Notes: generated by a model from the sequence alone, not told the origin. Numbered from the stretch's first letter, positions 29,025 through 39,389 are shown. The stretch is 64,000 nucleotides of DNA from an uncultured Candidatus Saccharibacteria bacterium (GCA_964620955.1 CAZUKH010000001.1:190810-254809), one strand, 5' to 3'. Made by a program: numbers and translations.

Positions 29025-31286
29025 TTAGTTACCTCTAAGTTTTGTGATATAAGAATCAGCGTCGTCTATAAGCACTTCCCTGGGTTTACTTCCATTTGCT
29101 GGTCCCACAACCCCTGCCTCTTCAAGCTCTTCTAGTAGTCTTGCGGCTCTGTTAAAACCTATACTTAACCTTCTTTGCAAGTATGATGAAGATGCTTTAC
29201 GAGCTTGTACAACAAGGTATATAGCCTGTTCCACCAAATCATCACCAGATATTTCTCCAAGTGCTTCCGCTGTCATTTCTTCAGGTGAGCGTATTTCGTT
29301 TCTAATTTGATCGATTGTTAAGTATTCGAGAGCATCTTCGGGTACCTGAGCCTTAATGAACTCAACAATGCTTGTAACTTCGCTTTGTTCTATAAATGCA
29401 CACTGAAGTCTTTCTGCTTTAGTTTTATCAGGTGCTTTATAAAGCAGATCCCCTGACCCCATAAGACTTTCGGCGCCTATTCGATCTAATATTACTCTGG
29501 AATCCGTTGAGCTTGTTACGCTCATTCCAACTCTGCCAGGAATATTAGCTTTAATTATGCCTGTAATAACATTAACAGAGGGTCTTTGAGTTGCGAGAAT
29601 AAGGTGTATTCCAACTGCTCTTGCCTTTTGGGCGAGCCTTACAATAGCGTTTTCTGCTTCTACTCGTCCTGCTGTCATCATCATATCTGCCATTTCATCA
29701 ATTACAACAACTATGTAAGGCATTGCTGCAAAACCTTTTTTACTATTGTAGCCTTCAATATTTCTTACCTGTTCTTTAGCAAGAATCGAATATCTTGTTT
29801 CCATTTCTTTTACAGTCCATTTTAACCAGTCGACAACTTGTTCCATTTGGGTAATTACCGGAGTAATAAGGTGGGGAATTCCGTTGTAATCCATAAGTTC
29901 TACCTGCTTAGGGTCTACAAGAATTAACTTTAGTTCGTCTGGTGTTTTCTTCATTATTAATGAAGTTATAAAAGTGTTTGTAAGTACAGATTTTCCAGAA
30001 CCTGTAGCCCCTGCAATAAGCAAATGTGGCATTTTGTAAATATTACCTATTACTGCTTCTCCATGTATATTTTTTCCAATAGGAACAGGAAGTACATAGT
30101 CTGTATTTCGCATTTTTTCTGAAGTCATTAACTCTTTAATTCGCACTAAATCTCTACTAGATCTTGGGATTTCAACACCTAGGTAAGAGGTTTCAGGTAT
30201 TGTTTCGACTCTTACGGCTTTCGAATCAACTCCTAAAGCAAGAGCGATATTTTCGTTTAAATTTGCTACTTTAGAAACCTTTATTCCTAAAGGTATGCTT
30301 AATGCGTATTGAATAACCGAAGGGCCAACAAAAGCTTGTTCTACTTTTGCATCTATGTCAAAGCTCAAAAGGATTTCTTCGATTATTCCTGCTTTTTCTT
30401 TTATATCTGTTTCTTTTGTGCTTGGCTTTTCGGGAGGTAATAAAAGACTTGCTGGTGGAAGTGTCCAGCCAGGGAACTTTAGTGTTTCCTGGCTAAGTCC
30501 ATCATCTCCTAAATCAACGTGTTTGTAGTTAATGCTCATTTGTTCTGCTGGTTTAATAATTTTTAGGGGAGATTCTGGGTATTGTCTTTCCAATGTATCA
30601 TCAGCTGACTTGGTTTGCATTGCGAGTTTTTCGGCTTCTCGTTTTTTTATTAAGTCATTAAAATCTCCAAAACGTGATCTTGGTTGTTTAAACTCATCTA
30701 TCTCTTCAGATTGTTCACCGGTAAGCTGATCTATTGGAGTAAATAGTGCTTTTACAATTTTGAATACTTTGTTAATAAATTTTCCTGCAAGCTGTGTAAG
30801 TGAAGAAAGAGAAACTGAAAGTGCAATTGGCGTTAGTATAAGTATAGACAACAAAAGAATAATTTGAGTTGCTGGCTGGGTTGGTATTTTATCGCCTAGC
30901 AGGTCAACTACAATGTAATATCCAACGCGACCTCCAGCAGCGCTTATAGGGTCTGCCTTTAAAATAGTCCATTGATCTGTATTAAGAGTAGAAATAAATG
31001 CAGGTACAAGAAAGGTTAGTGCTGTAAGTGAAATGATATTGGGTAGTTTTAAAAACCTACTTTCTGCACCTAGTAATTTTATGCCAATAACTCCAAGTGT
31101 TATTGCTGTTAATAATGTAGAATTGTTAAAAAGACTTCGTGCTTGGCTAAATATGTTTTGATCGTTTGGGTTTACACTTAAATAGGCAATTGCAAAAAAG
31201 ATTGAAAAAAGCAGGCAAAGTAACCCAAAGAATGTTGAAGTTTCTTTGCTATCGTAAGTAATTTTTTTTCTTTTTCTCCTTCCCAT
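29025..31286 (-). CDS. ftsK: DNA translocase FtsK/SpoIIIE
   Basis: N-terminal TMs; MPHLLIAGATGSGKS, DEMADMM, RLAQKARAVGIHLILATQRPSV; gamma domain LQRRLSIGFNRAARL. Confidence 0.97.
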   Translation of the reverse strand: MGRRKRKKITYDSKETSTFFGLLCLLFSIFFAIAYLSVNPNDQNIFSQARSLFNNSTLLTAITLGVIGIKLLGAESRFLKLPNIISLTALTFLVPAFISTLNTDQWTILKADPISAAGGRVGYYIVVDLLGDKIPTQPATQIILLLSILILTPIALSVSLSSLTQLAGKFINKVFKIVKALFTPIDQLTGEQSEEIDEFKQPRSRFGDFNDLIKKREAEKLAMQTKSADDTLERQYPESPLKIIKPAEQMSINYKHVDLGDDGLSQETLKFPGWTLPPASLLLPPEKPSTKETDIKEKAGIIEEILLSFDIDAKVEQAFVGPSVIQYALSIPLGIKVSKVANLNENIALALGVDSKAVRVETIPETSYLGVEIPRSSRDLVRIKELMTSEKMRNTDYVLPVPIGKNIHGEAVIGNIYKMPHLLIAGATGSGKSVLTNTFITSLIMKKTPDELKLILVDPKQVELMDYNGIPHLITPVITQMEQVVDWLKWTVKEMETRYSILAKEQVRNIEGYNSKKGFAAMPYIVVVIDEMADMMMTAGRVEAENAIVRLAQKARAVGIHLILATQRPSVNVITGIIKANIPGRVGMSVTSSTDSRVILDRIGAESLMGSGDLLYKAPDKTKAERLQCAFIEQSEVTSIVEFIKAQVPEDALEYLTIDQIRNEIRSPEEMTAEALGEISGDDLVEQAIYLVVQARKASSSYLQRRLSIGFNRAARLLEELEEAGVVGPANGSKPREVLIDDADSYITKLRGN

Positions 31287-31346
31287 ATATTTAATGATAT
31301 TATTCTAATGCAACAAAGCGATTAAAACAAATATTAATACACGATT

Positions 31347-32123
31347 ATGAAGGTTTTAGATGAAGCAACCAAGTTTGCTCATTTAGGTAAGCCAGGTACA
31401 GCTTTTAGTAAGGGTTTTGAAAGAAGGTTGAAGAAGGTTGAAAGATTGGTAAATTTAAAAGATGCGGTTATTCTTGATCAAGGTGCAGGAGAGGGTGTTT
31501 GGATGAATGAGTTTACTAATTACACAAGCCCTTCAAAGATTTTTGGATTTGACATTGATAAAGAAAATTTTGAGAAGTTTCAAGAACTGCAAACAGGTGT
31601 TGATATAAATAAAAAAATTCCATTGCAAAACTTTAAAATCTGCCCCGCAGAAAAACTCGATTTTGACAGTAACTTTTTTGATGTTGTGTTTAGTAACGAA
31701 GTGCTTGAGCATGTCCAAGATGATAATAAATCTGTAAAAGAAGTTATAAGGGTACTAAAACCTGGTGGATATTTTGTTATTTTTACCCCAAATAGAGGAT
31801 GGCCATTTGAAACTCATGGCATGTTTTTTAGAGGGAAATATTATTGGGGAAATATTCCTTTTTTACCTTGGCTACCAAAGTTTGTTTCGAAAAGGTTTGC
31901 TAGTCACGTAAGAAATTATTCTAACAAAGATATAAAAAGGTTGTTTAGCAACATTGATGCAAAGATTATTTATCATTCTCATGTTTTCCCTGGTTTTGAC
32001 AAACTTTCTAAAAAGAGGGGCTTAGTTGGAAAGTTAGTGCAAAAGTTTTTTCACGCTATTGAAAAGACTCCACTAAACTATTTTGGCATAAGTCATTTTT
32101 TAATAGTAAAAAAGTCGAAATAA
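31347..32123 (+). CDS. Class I SAM-dependent methyltransferase
   Basis: ILDQGAGEG, FDVVFSNEVLEHV, RVLKPGG. Confidence 0.88.
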   Translation: MKVLDEATKFAHLGKPGTAFSKGFERRLKKVERLVNLKDAVILDQGAGEGVWMNEFTNYTSPSKIFGFDIDKENFEKFQELQTGVDINKKIPLQNFKICPAEKLDFDSNFFDVVFSNEVLEHVQDDNKSVKEVIRVLKPGGYFVIFTPNRGWPFETHGMFFRGKYYWGNIPFLPWLPKFVSKRFASHVRNYSNKDIKRLFSNIDAKIIYHSHVFPGFDKLSKKRGLVGKLVQKFFHAIEKTPLNYFGISHFLIVKKSK

Positions 32124-32128
32124 GAGCT

Positions 32129-32875
32129 TTACCATTTTCCATAACCACCAATAGAGTCGGATAGCTGTTTAGAAATTTTGCTTGCATTTTTAGGAAATTT
32201 TCTTAATACATTACTTTTGGTATAAGTTGCTGCAACTTTAAAATAGCCAAATGCTTCGTATCTTCTTGGAGAAACGCGAATAGGGTTCAAAATAACCCTA
32301 AATTTTGCGTTATTCTTTATTGCTTGGTCTGTAAGAATTTGATCCTCAGCCATATAAAGATTGGATTTATAACCACCAGTTTTAATAAATAAAGAGTGCT
32401 TTATAAGCAAACATTGACTTAGCCCCATAGGTTTAGGGGTAAGAGTACTTCCAAGCTGCAAAATATTCCACCATATACTGTAAACAGTGTAAAACGGTTT
32501 TTGTAACCATAAATCATACAAAAAGTTGGCCATATCAAGATTACGCTTGTTAAAAGAGGAAAGAGCTTTTTTTAAAAAATTCTTGCTAAAGGTTACATCC
32601 GCATCAACAAACATTAATAATTTACCTTTTGCTACTCTTGCTCCATTATTTCTTCCTTCACCGGGCAAACCACCTTTTACAACCTTTGCCTTAAAACTTT
32701 CGGCAACTAACCTTGTGTTATCTTTAGAGCCTGCATCGGCAACAATAACTTCAAAGTCTTGAAAGGTTTGGGTTTTGAGGCATTCTAAAAGAACACGCAA
32801 GTAATCTTCTTCGTTAAGTGTAGGAATTATTATTGATAGGTAAGGATTATTCAAAACTTTCATGTGTACTTGCAA
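32129..32875 (-). CDS. Glycosyltransferase family 2
   Basis: LSIIIPTLNEE, DAGSKDNT, GRNNGA, FVDAD, AED. Confidence 0.9.
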   Translation of the reverse strand: MQVHMKVLNNPYLSIIIPTLNEEDYLRVLLECLKTQTFQDFEVIVADAGSKDNTRLVAESFKAKVVKGGLPGEGRNNGARVAKGKLLMFVDADVTFSKNFLKKALSSFNKRNLDMANFLYDLWLQKPFYTVYSIWWNILQLGSTLTPKPMGLSQCLLIKHSLFIKTGGYKSNLYMAEDQILTDQAIKNNAKFRVILNPIRVSPRRYEAFGYFKVAATYTKSNVLRKFPKNASKISKQLSDSIGGYGKW

Positions 32876-32963
32876 ACAGTTTTAATTTTAATTAAATTTA
32901 ATTGATTTGTCATTACAAAAATGACTTCATATGGCATTAAAAATTTGGTAGTCTATCTTAAAT

Positions 32964-35168
32964 ATGAGTGAAAATAAACACAAAGTCATTGTTTTCTTGC
33001 TATCTTTATTCCTAGTTTTAGTTATAGGTTCTGTAGTTATTGGTGGATATATTGCCTTAAAAAATGCTTCAGATAACTCAGAACAGTCTGATTTTAGCGT
33101 TGCTGGTGTTAATGACATTTTTAATATTCGAAGCTTTGGGGCTACCCCTAACGATGGGACTGAAGATACTAATGCAATACAATCAGCAGTTAATGCAGCT
33201 GTAGCCGTAGGGGGTTCTGTTTATGTGCCGGCAGGGATTTATAGAAGTGGAACTATAGATATTGACGATAATATAACGATATATGGAGATCCAAACTATG
33301 TGAGTATAATTGAGATGAAAGATAATAATGGAGGACCTGCAAGCTCCCCTCAATCTGCAAGATATTTGATTAGACCAAAAAAATACCTCACTAGGTGGGT
33401 TTATCAAAACAACCAAGAGCTCCCTAACTACACTAAAAATGTGGTAATTCGAGACCTTAAACTTGTTGGAAGAAGTGCAAACCAATGGGATGGCGGGCCA
33501 TTACCCGAAGGAAGCTCTTCTATGCATGGTATCGGAATGATAGCAGCGTACAATTGGAAACTAGAAAGAGTATGGGCAGAAGACTTTGATGGAGATGGAT
33601 TTTATATTGCAGGTCGTGACTTAGGACCAGGGTCTTTTTACAACGAACTTTTAGACTGTGTTGCAACAAAAAACTTGCGTAACGGAATAACTATAATCCA
33701 TGGTGACTACAACTTAATTAGAGGTTGTAAGGTATATGAAAACCAGCAAGGAATTTTGCCTGGTCCTAAGTATTCTCCAAATATGTATAAGGCAGCAGAA
33801 ATAGATTTTGAGCCTAATAGAGTAGAGCAAACTGTTAATTACAATGTTGTTGAAAACAACGAACTTGGTCCTGGACCAGGTGACGGATTTGGTATGACAC
33901 GTCCAGGTCCGCAACAAAAAGGGAATGTTATAAGAAATAATACTTTTAAAGATTTCAAACGCTACCAGTTTGCAACATGGGTTGAAGAAATTGATTCAAA
34001 TAGAATTCAGGGAAATACCTTTATCGCTACTACTTCTGACTCAGTAGCAACACATATGGTAATTGGGGATGCGAAAAACACTTGTGTTATTGGCAATACT
34101 TTTACCGGTAATACTTCACAAAATGGCTTGCTTGTAAGGTCCGATGCAGTAAACACATCGTTTGTTAAAAACACATTTAATTTAAGCGGCACTTCTGATG
34201 GAGCAGCAATAAGAATTAACGTTGATACCTCTGGTACTCCTGTAGGGACACAATTTTTTCAAAACTCGGGTACATTAAGAATTATTGGTAATGGAACTTC
34301 CGCCCAATCACAAACACAACCAGCAAATTGCCCTGATGTGTATACTGTACCTGATGCGGGTAATATTGGAGATACTTCAACCCCACCAACAGAAGACCCA
34401 CCCGCAGAGGATCCCGTAACACCAGAAGATCCTGTTGTTGAAGATCCTGTCGATCCTCCTCCAGCTACAACTGTCCCACAAGCACCTTACAATAATGCTT
34501 CGGCATTTCAGCTACCTGGTAAAATTGAAGCTGAGGATTATGACGTTGGAGGCGAAGGAGTTTCTTACTCAGATAAAACCACGGGAAATGATTGGTCTGC
34601 TTACCGATCTGACGGAGTTGATATCATATCTAATACACCTGCAAGCAATCAAAACATGGTAATTTTGTTTCAAAGGACTGAATGGATTGAATACACAGTA
34701 ACTTCTACTGCTACAACTACCTATGACTTTAAAGCAAAACTAGGTACTGTCGGAACAAGTTCAGGTAAGTTAAAGGTCTATGTAAATGATCAAATTGCGG
34801 GCACTTTAGATGTGCCCCAAATGACAAATTGGCGGCAAGTAGTCTTAGCAAATCCAATAAGTCTTCAGCTCCCGGCTGGGCAGAGTGTAATACGGCTTGA
34901 GGCAGATGCATCAAACTTTATAGATTTGGACTATATTGAGTTTACAACAAAAACAACAACATCAAACCCAGAGGCTGCTCTGCAGTGTAAAGCTGATATC
35001 AATAAAGATAATTCTGTAAACCTTCAGGACTTTGCATTATTCGCAGCTTCTTGGAATAAAAATTTAGCTGATTGCTCTAAAGATATATCGGGCGAAGATT
35101 GTAAGTATAATCTTCAAGATTTTGCAATATTTGCCTCTGCTTATGGAAAGCAAGGTGTATGTAATTAA
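32964..35168 (+). CDS. Membrane-anchored right-handed beta-helix (pectate-lyase-3-like) protein with CBM6-like module and dockerin
   Basis: TM; FNIRSFGATPNDGTEDTNAIQSA...VYVPAGIY; Asn-ladder repeats; Pro/Glu linker; IEAEDYD...EWIEYTV...LDYIEF; ADINKDNSVNLQDF...DISGEDCKYNLQDF. Confidence 0.8.
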   Translation: MSENKHKVIVFLLSLFLVLVIGSVVIGGYIALKNASDNSEQSDFSVAGVNDIFNIRSFGATPNDGTEDTNAIQSAVNAAVAVGGSVYVPAGIYRSGTIDIDDNITIYGDPNYVSIIEMKDNNGGPASSPQSARYLIRPKKYLTRWVYQNNQELPNYTKNVVIRDLKLVGRSANQWDGGPLPEGSSSMHGIGMIAAYNWKLERVWAEDFDGDGFYIAGRDLGPGSFYNELLDCVATKNLRNGITIIHGDYNLIRGCKVYENQQGILPGPKYSPNMYKAAEIDFEPNRVEQTVNYNVVENNELGPGPGDGFGMTRPGPQQKGNVIRNNTFKDFKRYQFATWVEEIDSNRIQGNTFIATTSDSVATHMVIGDAKNTCVIGNTFTGNTSQNGLLVRSDAVNTSFVKNTFNLSGTSDGAAIRINVDTSGTPVGTQFFQNSGTLRIIGNGTSAQSQTQPANCPDVYTVPDAGNIGDTSTPPTEDPPAEDPVTPEDPVVEDPVDPPPATTVPQAPYNNASAFQLPGKIEAEDYDVGGEGVSYSDKTTGNDWSAYRSDGVDIISNTPASNQNMVILFQRTEWIEYTVTSTATTTYDFKAKLGTVGTSSGKLKVYVNDQIAGTLDVPQMTNWRQVVLANPISLQLPAGQSVIRLEADASNFIDLDYIEFTTKTTTSNPEAALQCKADINKDNSVNLQDFALFAASWNKNLADCSKDISGEDCKYNLQDFAIFASAYGKQGVCN

Positions 35169-35181
35169 TTTATAAAAAACT

Positions 35182-37818
35182 ATGAGAAAAGTAAAAAAAA
35201 TAGGTTTCCAGTCTTTAGTTATTTATAATGTAATAGCCTTAATGTTCTTTGCTTCAGGGCTTCTTTCGCTTGTAAGCTATTTGCCAGGGTCTCAAGAGTC
35301 TAAAGATGTACAGGTGAGTGGGGAGCTTTCAAGTGTTGGGACAGCAAAGCCAATTGCCAGTAATGCTCACCCAAACCTCTATTTTAACCAGGCTGAACTT
35401 GAAGCAATAAGAAAAGCAGTATTAGTGGATAAATATCCCCAGTATGCTGTCAATACTTTTAATGCAATAAAAGGAGTTCAACCAGTTAATAAGCCTAGCA
35501 CGGTTGAAACAACTAACTTCGAACCTAATAAAAACTACCATTACAATATTATTGTAGGACTAACAAGACAAAATTTTCAAGCAACATGGAGTTACGCTAT
35601 TGAACCGACACAAGCAAAGGGTCAAAAGCTTAAAGAGTCTTTGCTTAGCTGGACTTCAAGAATGCCAGGAACGACGTATAATGCACTAAATCTTTGGATG
35701 TATGATGTTCATCAAGGAGCATTTATGCACTTTGCACTTGCTTGGATGTATGATCTGTTGTACCCAACTGGGTTGTTAACTGATACGGAAAAACAAAGGT
35801 TAGATCAATGGTTTTCTGAAGTCGCAATTTTAGCTCAAAGTGATTGGGATAAGTTTGTATCTCATAGAAACGATTATCCAGATTTATATGCCGTAACATA
35901 TGAAGGATCACGAAGAGAATCGTATTTCAATAAATCAGCTTTTGACATGGGAGGGGCTGTAGTTTGCGCTTTAGTTTCGCACAACCAGGCAGCTGTAAAT
36001 AGTACAATACAAAGTGGTATTTCCGATAACAACTTTTTAATTACTACAAGTAGCAATCAGTATAGAGACCTCAAGAATTATATAGCTGGTTCTATTTTTT
36101 CTGACGGGTATACTTATGACGGGTTTCACAGATACTATGGATTTGACCCAGTAGCCGGTTATAAAGGTGAAAATGCGGGCCAAGGTCAACAATATCATTT
36201 TTTTATGTTAATGCCTTTAGCGTTAGCTGCCGAGGCAGCAACTCATAATGGATTTAATGCATGGGAATACAAAGATAAAGCTTTGCTTAAAGCTTATGTA
36301 AAAGGCTATCCTTGGGCAGGAAGTGCCTGGAGAGATAGTAAATCTGGGTCTGCAGACTATAATCATCTTCCTTTTTACTGGCTTTTATACAGAAGGTTCC
36401 CAACTAACAGTACAATTAAATCGGCAGTTCAACAATCAGGAGCTACATCTGACTCTTACCCCTATGCTATAACTAACACTGAAGAGCTATGGGGCGTACT
36501 TGGAGATTTAACTGTATCTGGTACTACACCTCCACCAACACAAGATCCACCAACACAAGATCCTCCACCAGTTCAAGATCCAGTAACACCACCAACTCAA
36601 GATCCACCACCTGCGACGGTGCCACAGGCACCGTACAATAGGAGCACACCATGGGAAGTGCCAGGAAAAGTTGAAGCTGAAGATTATGACTTAGGAGGCC
36701 AGGGTATTTCTTATTCAGATAAGTCCACCGACAACGAATGGGATGCCTACAGGGCCGATGGGGTGGATATTATTTCGAATGCATCCGCCAGCAATCAAAA
36801 CATGGTAATACTGTTCCAGAGAACAGAGTGGATGGAGTACACAGTTACATCGACTACTGCAGCCAGCTATAACTTAAAGGCTAAGCTTGGTACAGTTGCA
36901 ACTACAGGGCTTGTAAAAGTTTATATAAATGATCAACTAGTTGGAACACTCCAGGTTCCTCAGATGGCTGGATGGAGGCAAGTAGTTATAACAGACCCTC
37001 TAACCATACAATTACCGCAAGGTCAAAGTGTTATAAAAATTGAAGCAGATGCATCAAATTTTATAGATTTTGATTATTTTGAAATTACATCAAACCAGGT
37101 AACTACACCTCCGCCCGCTGCTATTACTCAATCGGCGTATAACCGGACTTCTTCTTGGCCAATTGGAGAGATTGAAGCTGAGAATTTTGATGAGGGAGGG
37201 CAGGACGTTGCTTACTCAGATGCAGATAATGTAAACCAATATGGGCAAATTTATAGAACAGAAGGTGTTGATGTACGCCAGTTAAACTCCGGCTACGTTG
37301 TAGGATATATACAACCCGGAGAGTGGCTTGAGTATACTGTAAATGTACCTAGTGACGGTAACTATAGGTTTTTTACCGATGCTGCAACGACATACTCAAA
37401 CAGGTCGTTTAGCATACTACTAAACGGAACGGTAAAAGGCAATATACAGGTGCCAGTGACTGGAAGCTGGAATACTTTTGAAAGAGCTTACTCACAGTAC
37501 ACGAATCTTACTGCTGGTGATTATGTTTTAAGAATACAAACAGATTCTGCAGAAGCGTGGTTTGACCTTGATAAAATTGGAATTGAAAAACAAGCGACCT
37601 CAACACCTGTTACTTCAGAAGCATGTAAAGCAGATATAAATAAAGATGGGAATGTAAATCTTGTAGATTTCGCACTTTTTGCAACGTATTGGAACAAACA
37701 ACTTCCAGACTGCTCTATGGACATAGCACCAAGCCTTAAATCTTGCTGGATAGACCTTGCAGACTTTGCAGTTTTTGCGAAACATTACGGAAAACAGAAT
37801 GTATGCCAGTCTAATTAA
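35182..37818 (+). CDS. Membrane-anchored alginate-lyase-like (alpha/alpha barrel) protein with two CBM6-like modules and dockerin
   Basis: TM; HPNLYFNQAEL; QQYHFFMLMPLALAAEAA resembles alginate lyase family; PPTQD repeats; two EAEDYD/EAENFD CBM modules; ADINKDGNVNLVDF...IDLADF. Confidence 0.75.
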   Translation: MRKVKKIGFQSLVIYNVIALMFFASGLLSLVSYLPGSQESKDVQVSGELSSVGTAKPIASNAHPNLYFNQAELEAIRKAVLVDKYPQYAVNTFNAIKGVQPVNKPSTVETTNFEPNKNYHYNIIVGLTRQNFQATWSYAIEPTQAKGQKLKESLLSWTSRMPGTTYNALNLWMYDVHQGAFMHFALAWMYDLLYPTGLLTDTEKQRLDQWFSEVAILAQSDWDKFVSHRNDYPDLYAVTYEGSRRESYFNKSAFDMGGAVVCALVSHNQAAVNSTIQSGISDNNFLITTSSNQYRDLKNYIAGSIFSDGYTYDGFHRYYGFDPVAGYKGENAGQGQQYHFFMLMPLALAAEAATHNGFNAWEYKDKALLKAYVKGYPWAGSAWRDSKSGSADYNHLPFYWLLYRRFPTNSTIKSAVQQSGATSDSYPYAITNTEELWGVLGDLTVSGTTPPPTQDPPTQDPPPVQDPVTPPTQDPPPATVPQAPYNRSTPWEVPGKVEAEDYDLGGQGISYSDKSTDNEWDAYRADGVDIISNASASNQNMVILFQRTEWMEYTVTSTTAASYNLKAKLGTVATTGLVKVYINDQLVGTLQVPQMAGWRQVVITDPLTIQLPQGQSVIKIEADASNFIDFDYFEITSNQVTTPPPAAITQSAYNRTSSWPIGEIEAENFDEGGQDVAYSDADNVNQYGQIYRTEGVDVRQLNSGYVVGYIQPGEWLEYTVNVPSDGNYRFFTDAATTYSNRSFSILLNGTVKGNIQVPVTGSWNTFERAYSQYTNLTAGDYVLRIQTDSAEAWFDLDKIGIEKQATSTPVTSEACKADINKDGNVNLVDFALFATYWNKQLPDCSMDIAPSLKSCWIDLADFAVFAKHYGKQNVCQSN
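36526..36615 (+). repeat. In-frame CAAGATCCA repeat encoding a Pro/Thr linker
   Basis: Four CAAGATCC units encoding PPTQDPPTQDPPPVQDPVTPPTQDPPP. Confidence 0.7.
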
Positions 37819-37845
37819 TAATTTTTAAAATAAGATAAAAATACA

Positions 37846-38433
37846 ATGAAAAATTCAGTAAGGTTTTTAATCATAAGTGCAGTATTTTTAACTGTAGCAG
37901 GCTTGGTTGTTTGGGTTTCTGCAATTAGTAATAAAAGCAGTGCAGAAGGTTTTAAAGACGCATCAGTCTCAGATTTTTTTGATTCTCAAAGTGTATTAAG
38001 TATTTTTGAAAACGAAGTAGACGAAGGCGAGATTTTTTCACAAAAAACGTTTATAGATTTTGCACTTGAGGGTAATACTTTGGAAGTTAGAGCCAGGAGC
38101 GGGGATAATAAATTGCGTGCAGTTGAATTAAAAATACAATTTGATCCTATAGTTGTTTTGCCGGGTCAAATTGAAACAGGCAATGCATTTGATCTTTATC
38201 TTAACCCTGAAGTTGATTTGGAAAATGGAGTTATAAAGATAGTGGCTGCTTTACCAAACGATCTTAGTGCAGAGGGCAGGCTCGTCGCAAAGGTACCACT
38301 TACAAAGCTTACTTCCGATACAAGCGTGATTAGGTTGCTTTCGAGTGAAGATTTGGGTAAAGAAAATGTTTCTAAAATAGTTTTGGATTCTTCTACACAA
38401 CTTTCTCTTTACCCCGCGGTGGTTGAGTTTTAG
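37846..38433 (+). CDS. Membrane-anchored cohesin-domain protein
   Basis: N-terminal TM; LRAVELKIQFDP...NPEVDLENGVIKIVAA...GRLVAKVPL matches the cohesin beta-sandwich pattern; follows two dockerin genes. Confidence 0.65.
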   Translation: MKNSVRFLIISAVFLTVAGLVVWVSAISNKSSAEGFKDASVSDFFDSQSVLSIFENEVDEGEIFSQKTFIDFALEGNTLEVRARSGDNKLRAVELKIQFDPIVVLPGQIETGNAFDLYLNPEVDLENGVIKIVAALPNDLSAEGRLVAKVPLTKLTSDTSVIRLLSSEDLGKENVSKIVLDSSTQLSLYPAVVEF

Positions 38434-38470
38434 CAATTAACCCTCAAAATTTTACGACATAATTTTAAGG

Positions 38471-38499
38471 TTGACACAAATTTTTGCTTCTTTTATTCT
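38471..38499 (+). promoter_or_regulatory. Sigma70-type promoter of the TA pair
   Basis: TTGACA (38471) followed about 17 bp later by TATTCT, upstream of ATG 38521. Confidence 0.55.
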
Positions 38500-38520
38500 G
38501 TTCTAACACAAAATCTTTTT

Positions 38521-38745
38521 ATGCCAAAATTTCTTAAAAACTATTTTTGGGATGTAGAATTCTCTTTAATGAATAAGGATAGAGATAGAATTTTTATTGC
38601 CGAAAGGATATTAAACCTTGGTAGAATTGAAGGCTTTTCCTGGCTGGTTAATAACTACGGTATTGAAGAACTGCTCAACATTACTAAGATAAACCCGAAT
38701 ATTAGCAATACCGCTAAGTCATTACTTAAGGCTTTGATTAGCTGA
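38521..38745 (+). CDS. Putative antitoxin (DUF6922-like) of an AbiEii-type TA pair
   Basis: YFWDV...FIAERILNLG...WL..YG pattern; directly upstream of a nucleotidyltransferase. Confidence 0.7.
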   Translation: MPKFLKNYFWDVEFSLMNKDRDRIFIAERILNLGRIEGFSWLVNNYGIEELLNITKINPNISNTAKSLLKALIS

Positions 38746-38756
38746 TATAATCACGA

Positions 38757-39389
38757 ATGTATTTTCCTAATGTTCTCCCAAGCTACTCGCATAAGGTACT
38801 TGATTTTATTATGCTAAATGAACATTTTTCAAGCTTTTACCTAGCAGGTGGAACTGCATTGGCTTTACAAATTGGCCACAGAGAATCTATAGATTTAGAT
38901 TTTTTTACTCAAGAAAATTTTAATGCAAACATTATATCTTCTTTTACTAAATTCCCTTTTGTTGCAAATACCTTGCAAAACAATAATATTAGCTTAATTG
39001 CAAACGATACTAAAGTTACCTTTTTATACTGGCCTTTTCCTAAGCTTAAAAATTTAGTTACGATTGGGAATGTGAGGCTTTTAAATCCACAAGATATTGG
39101 GTTATTAAAGCTATTGGCTCTTCAAGGCAGGCATACACGAAAGGACATAATTGACCTGTATTTTATAGATAAAGAGGTAATAACTTTTGAATCACTTTTT
39201 GAATTATTTGAGAAATATTACCCTAAGGAGAGTTTTAATATTTTTGGGAGTGTAAAAGAGTTATTTGATGACTCACTTTTACAAAAGCAACCAATGCCAA
39301 AGATGTTTAAAGAAGTAGAGTTCGAACTGTGTTTAGATTATGTTCAAAAAAAAGTTGCCGCGTGCTTAAAAGGGCTTATTAAATTGTAA
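38757..39389 (+). CDS. AbiEii/AbiGii nucleotidyltransferase toxin (type IV TA)
   Basis: FYLAGGTALALQIGHRESIDLDFF, LKLLAL, RKDIIDLY. Confidence 0.88.
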   Translation: MYFPNVLPSYSHKVLDFIMLNEHFSSFYLAGGTALALQIGHRESIDLDFFTQENFNANIISSFTKFPFVANTLQNNNISLIANDTKVTFLYWPFPKLKNLVTIGNVRLLNPQDIGLLKLLALQGRHTRKDIIDLYFIDKEVITFESLFELFEKYYPKESFNIFGSVKELFDDSLLQKQPMPKMFKEVEFELCLDYVQKKVAACLKGLIKL

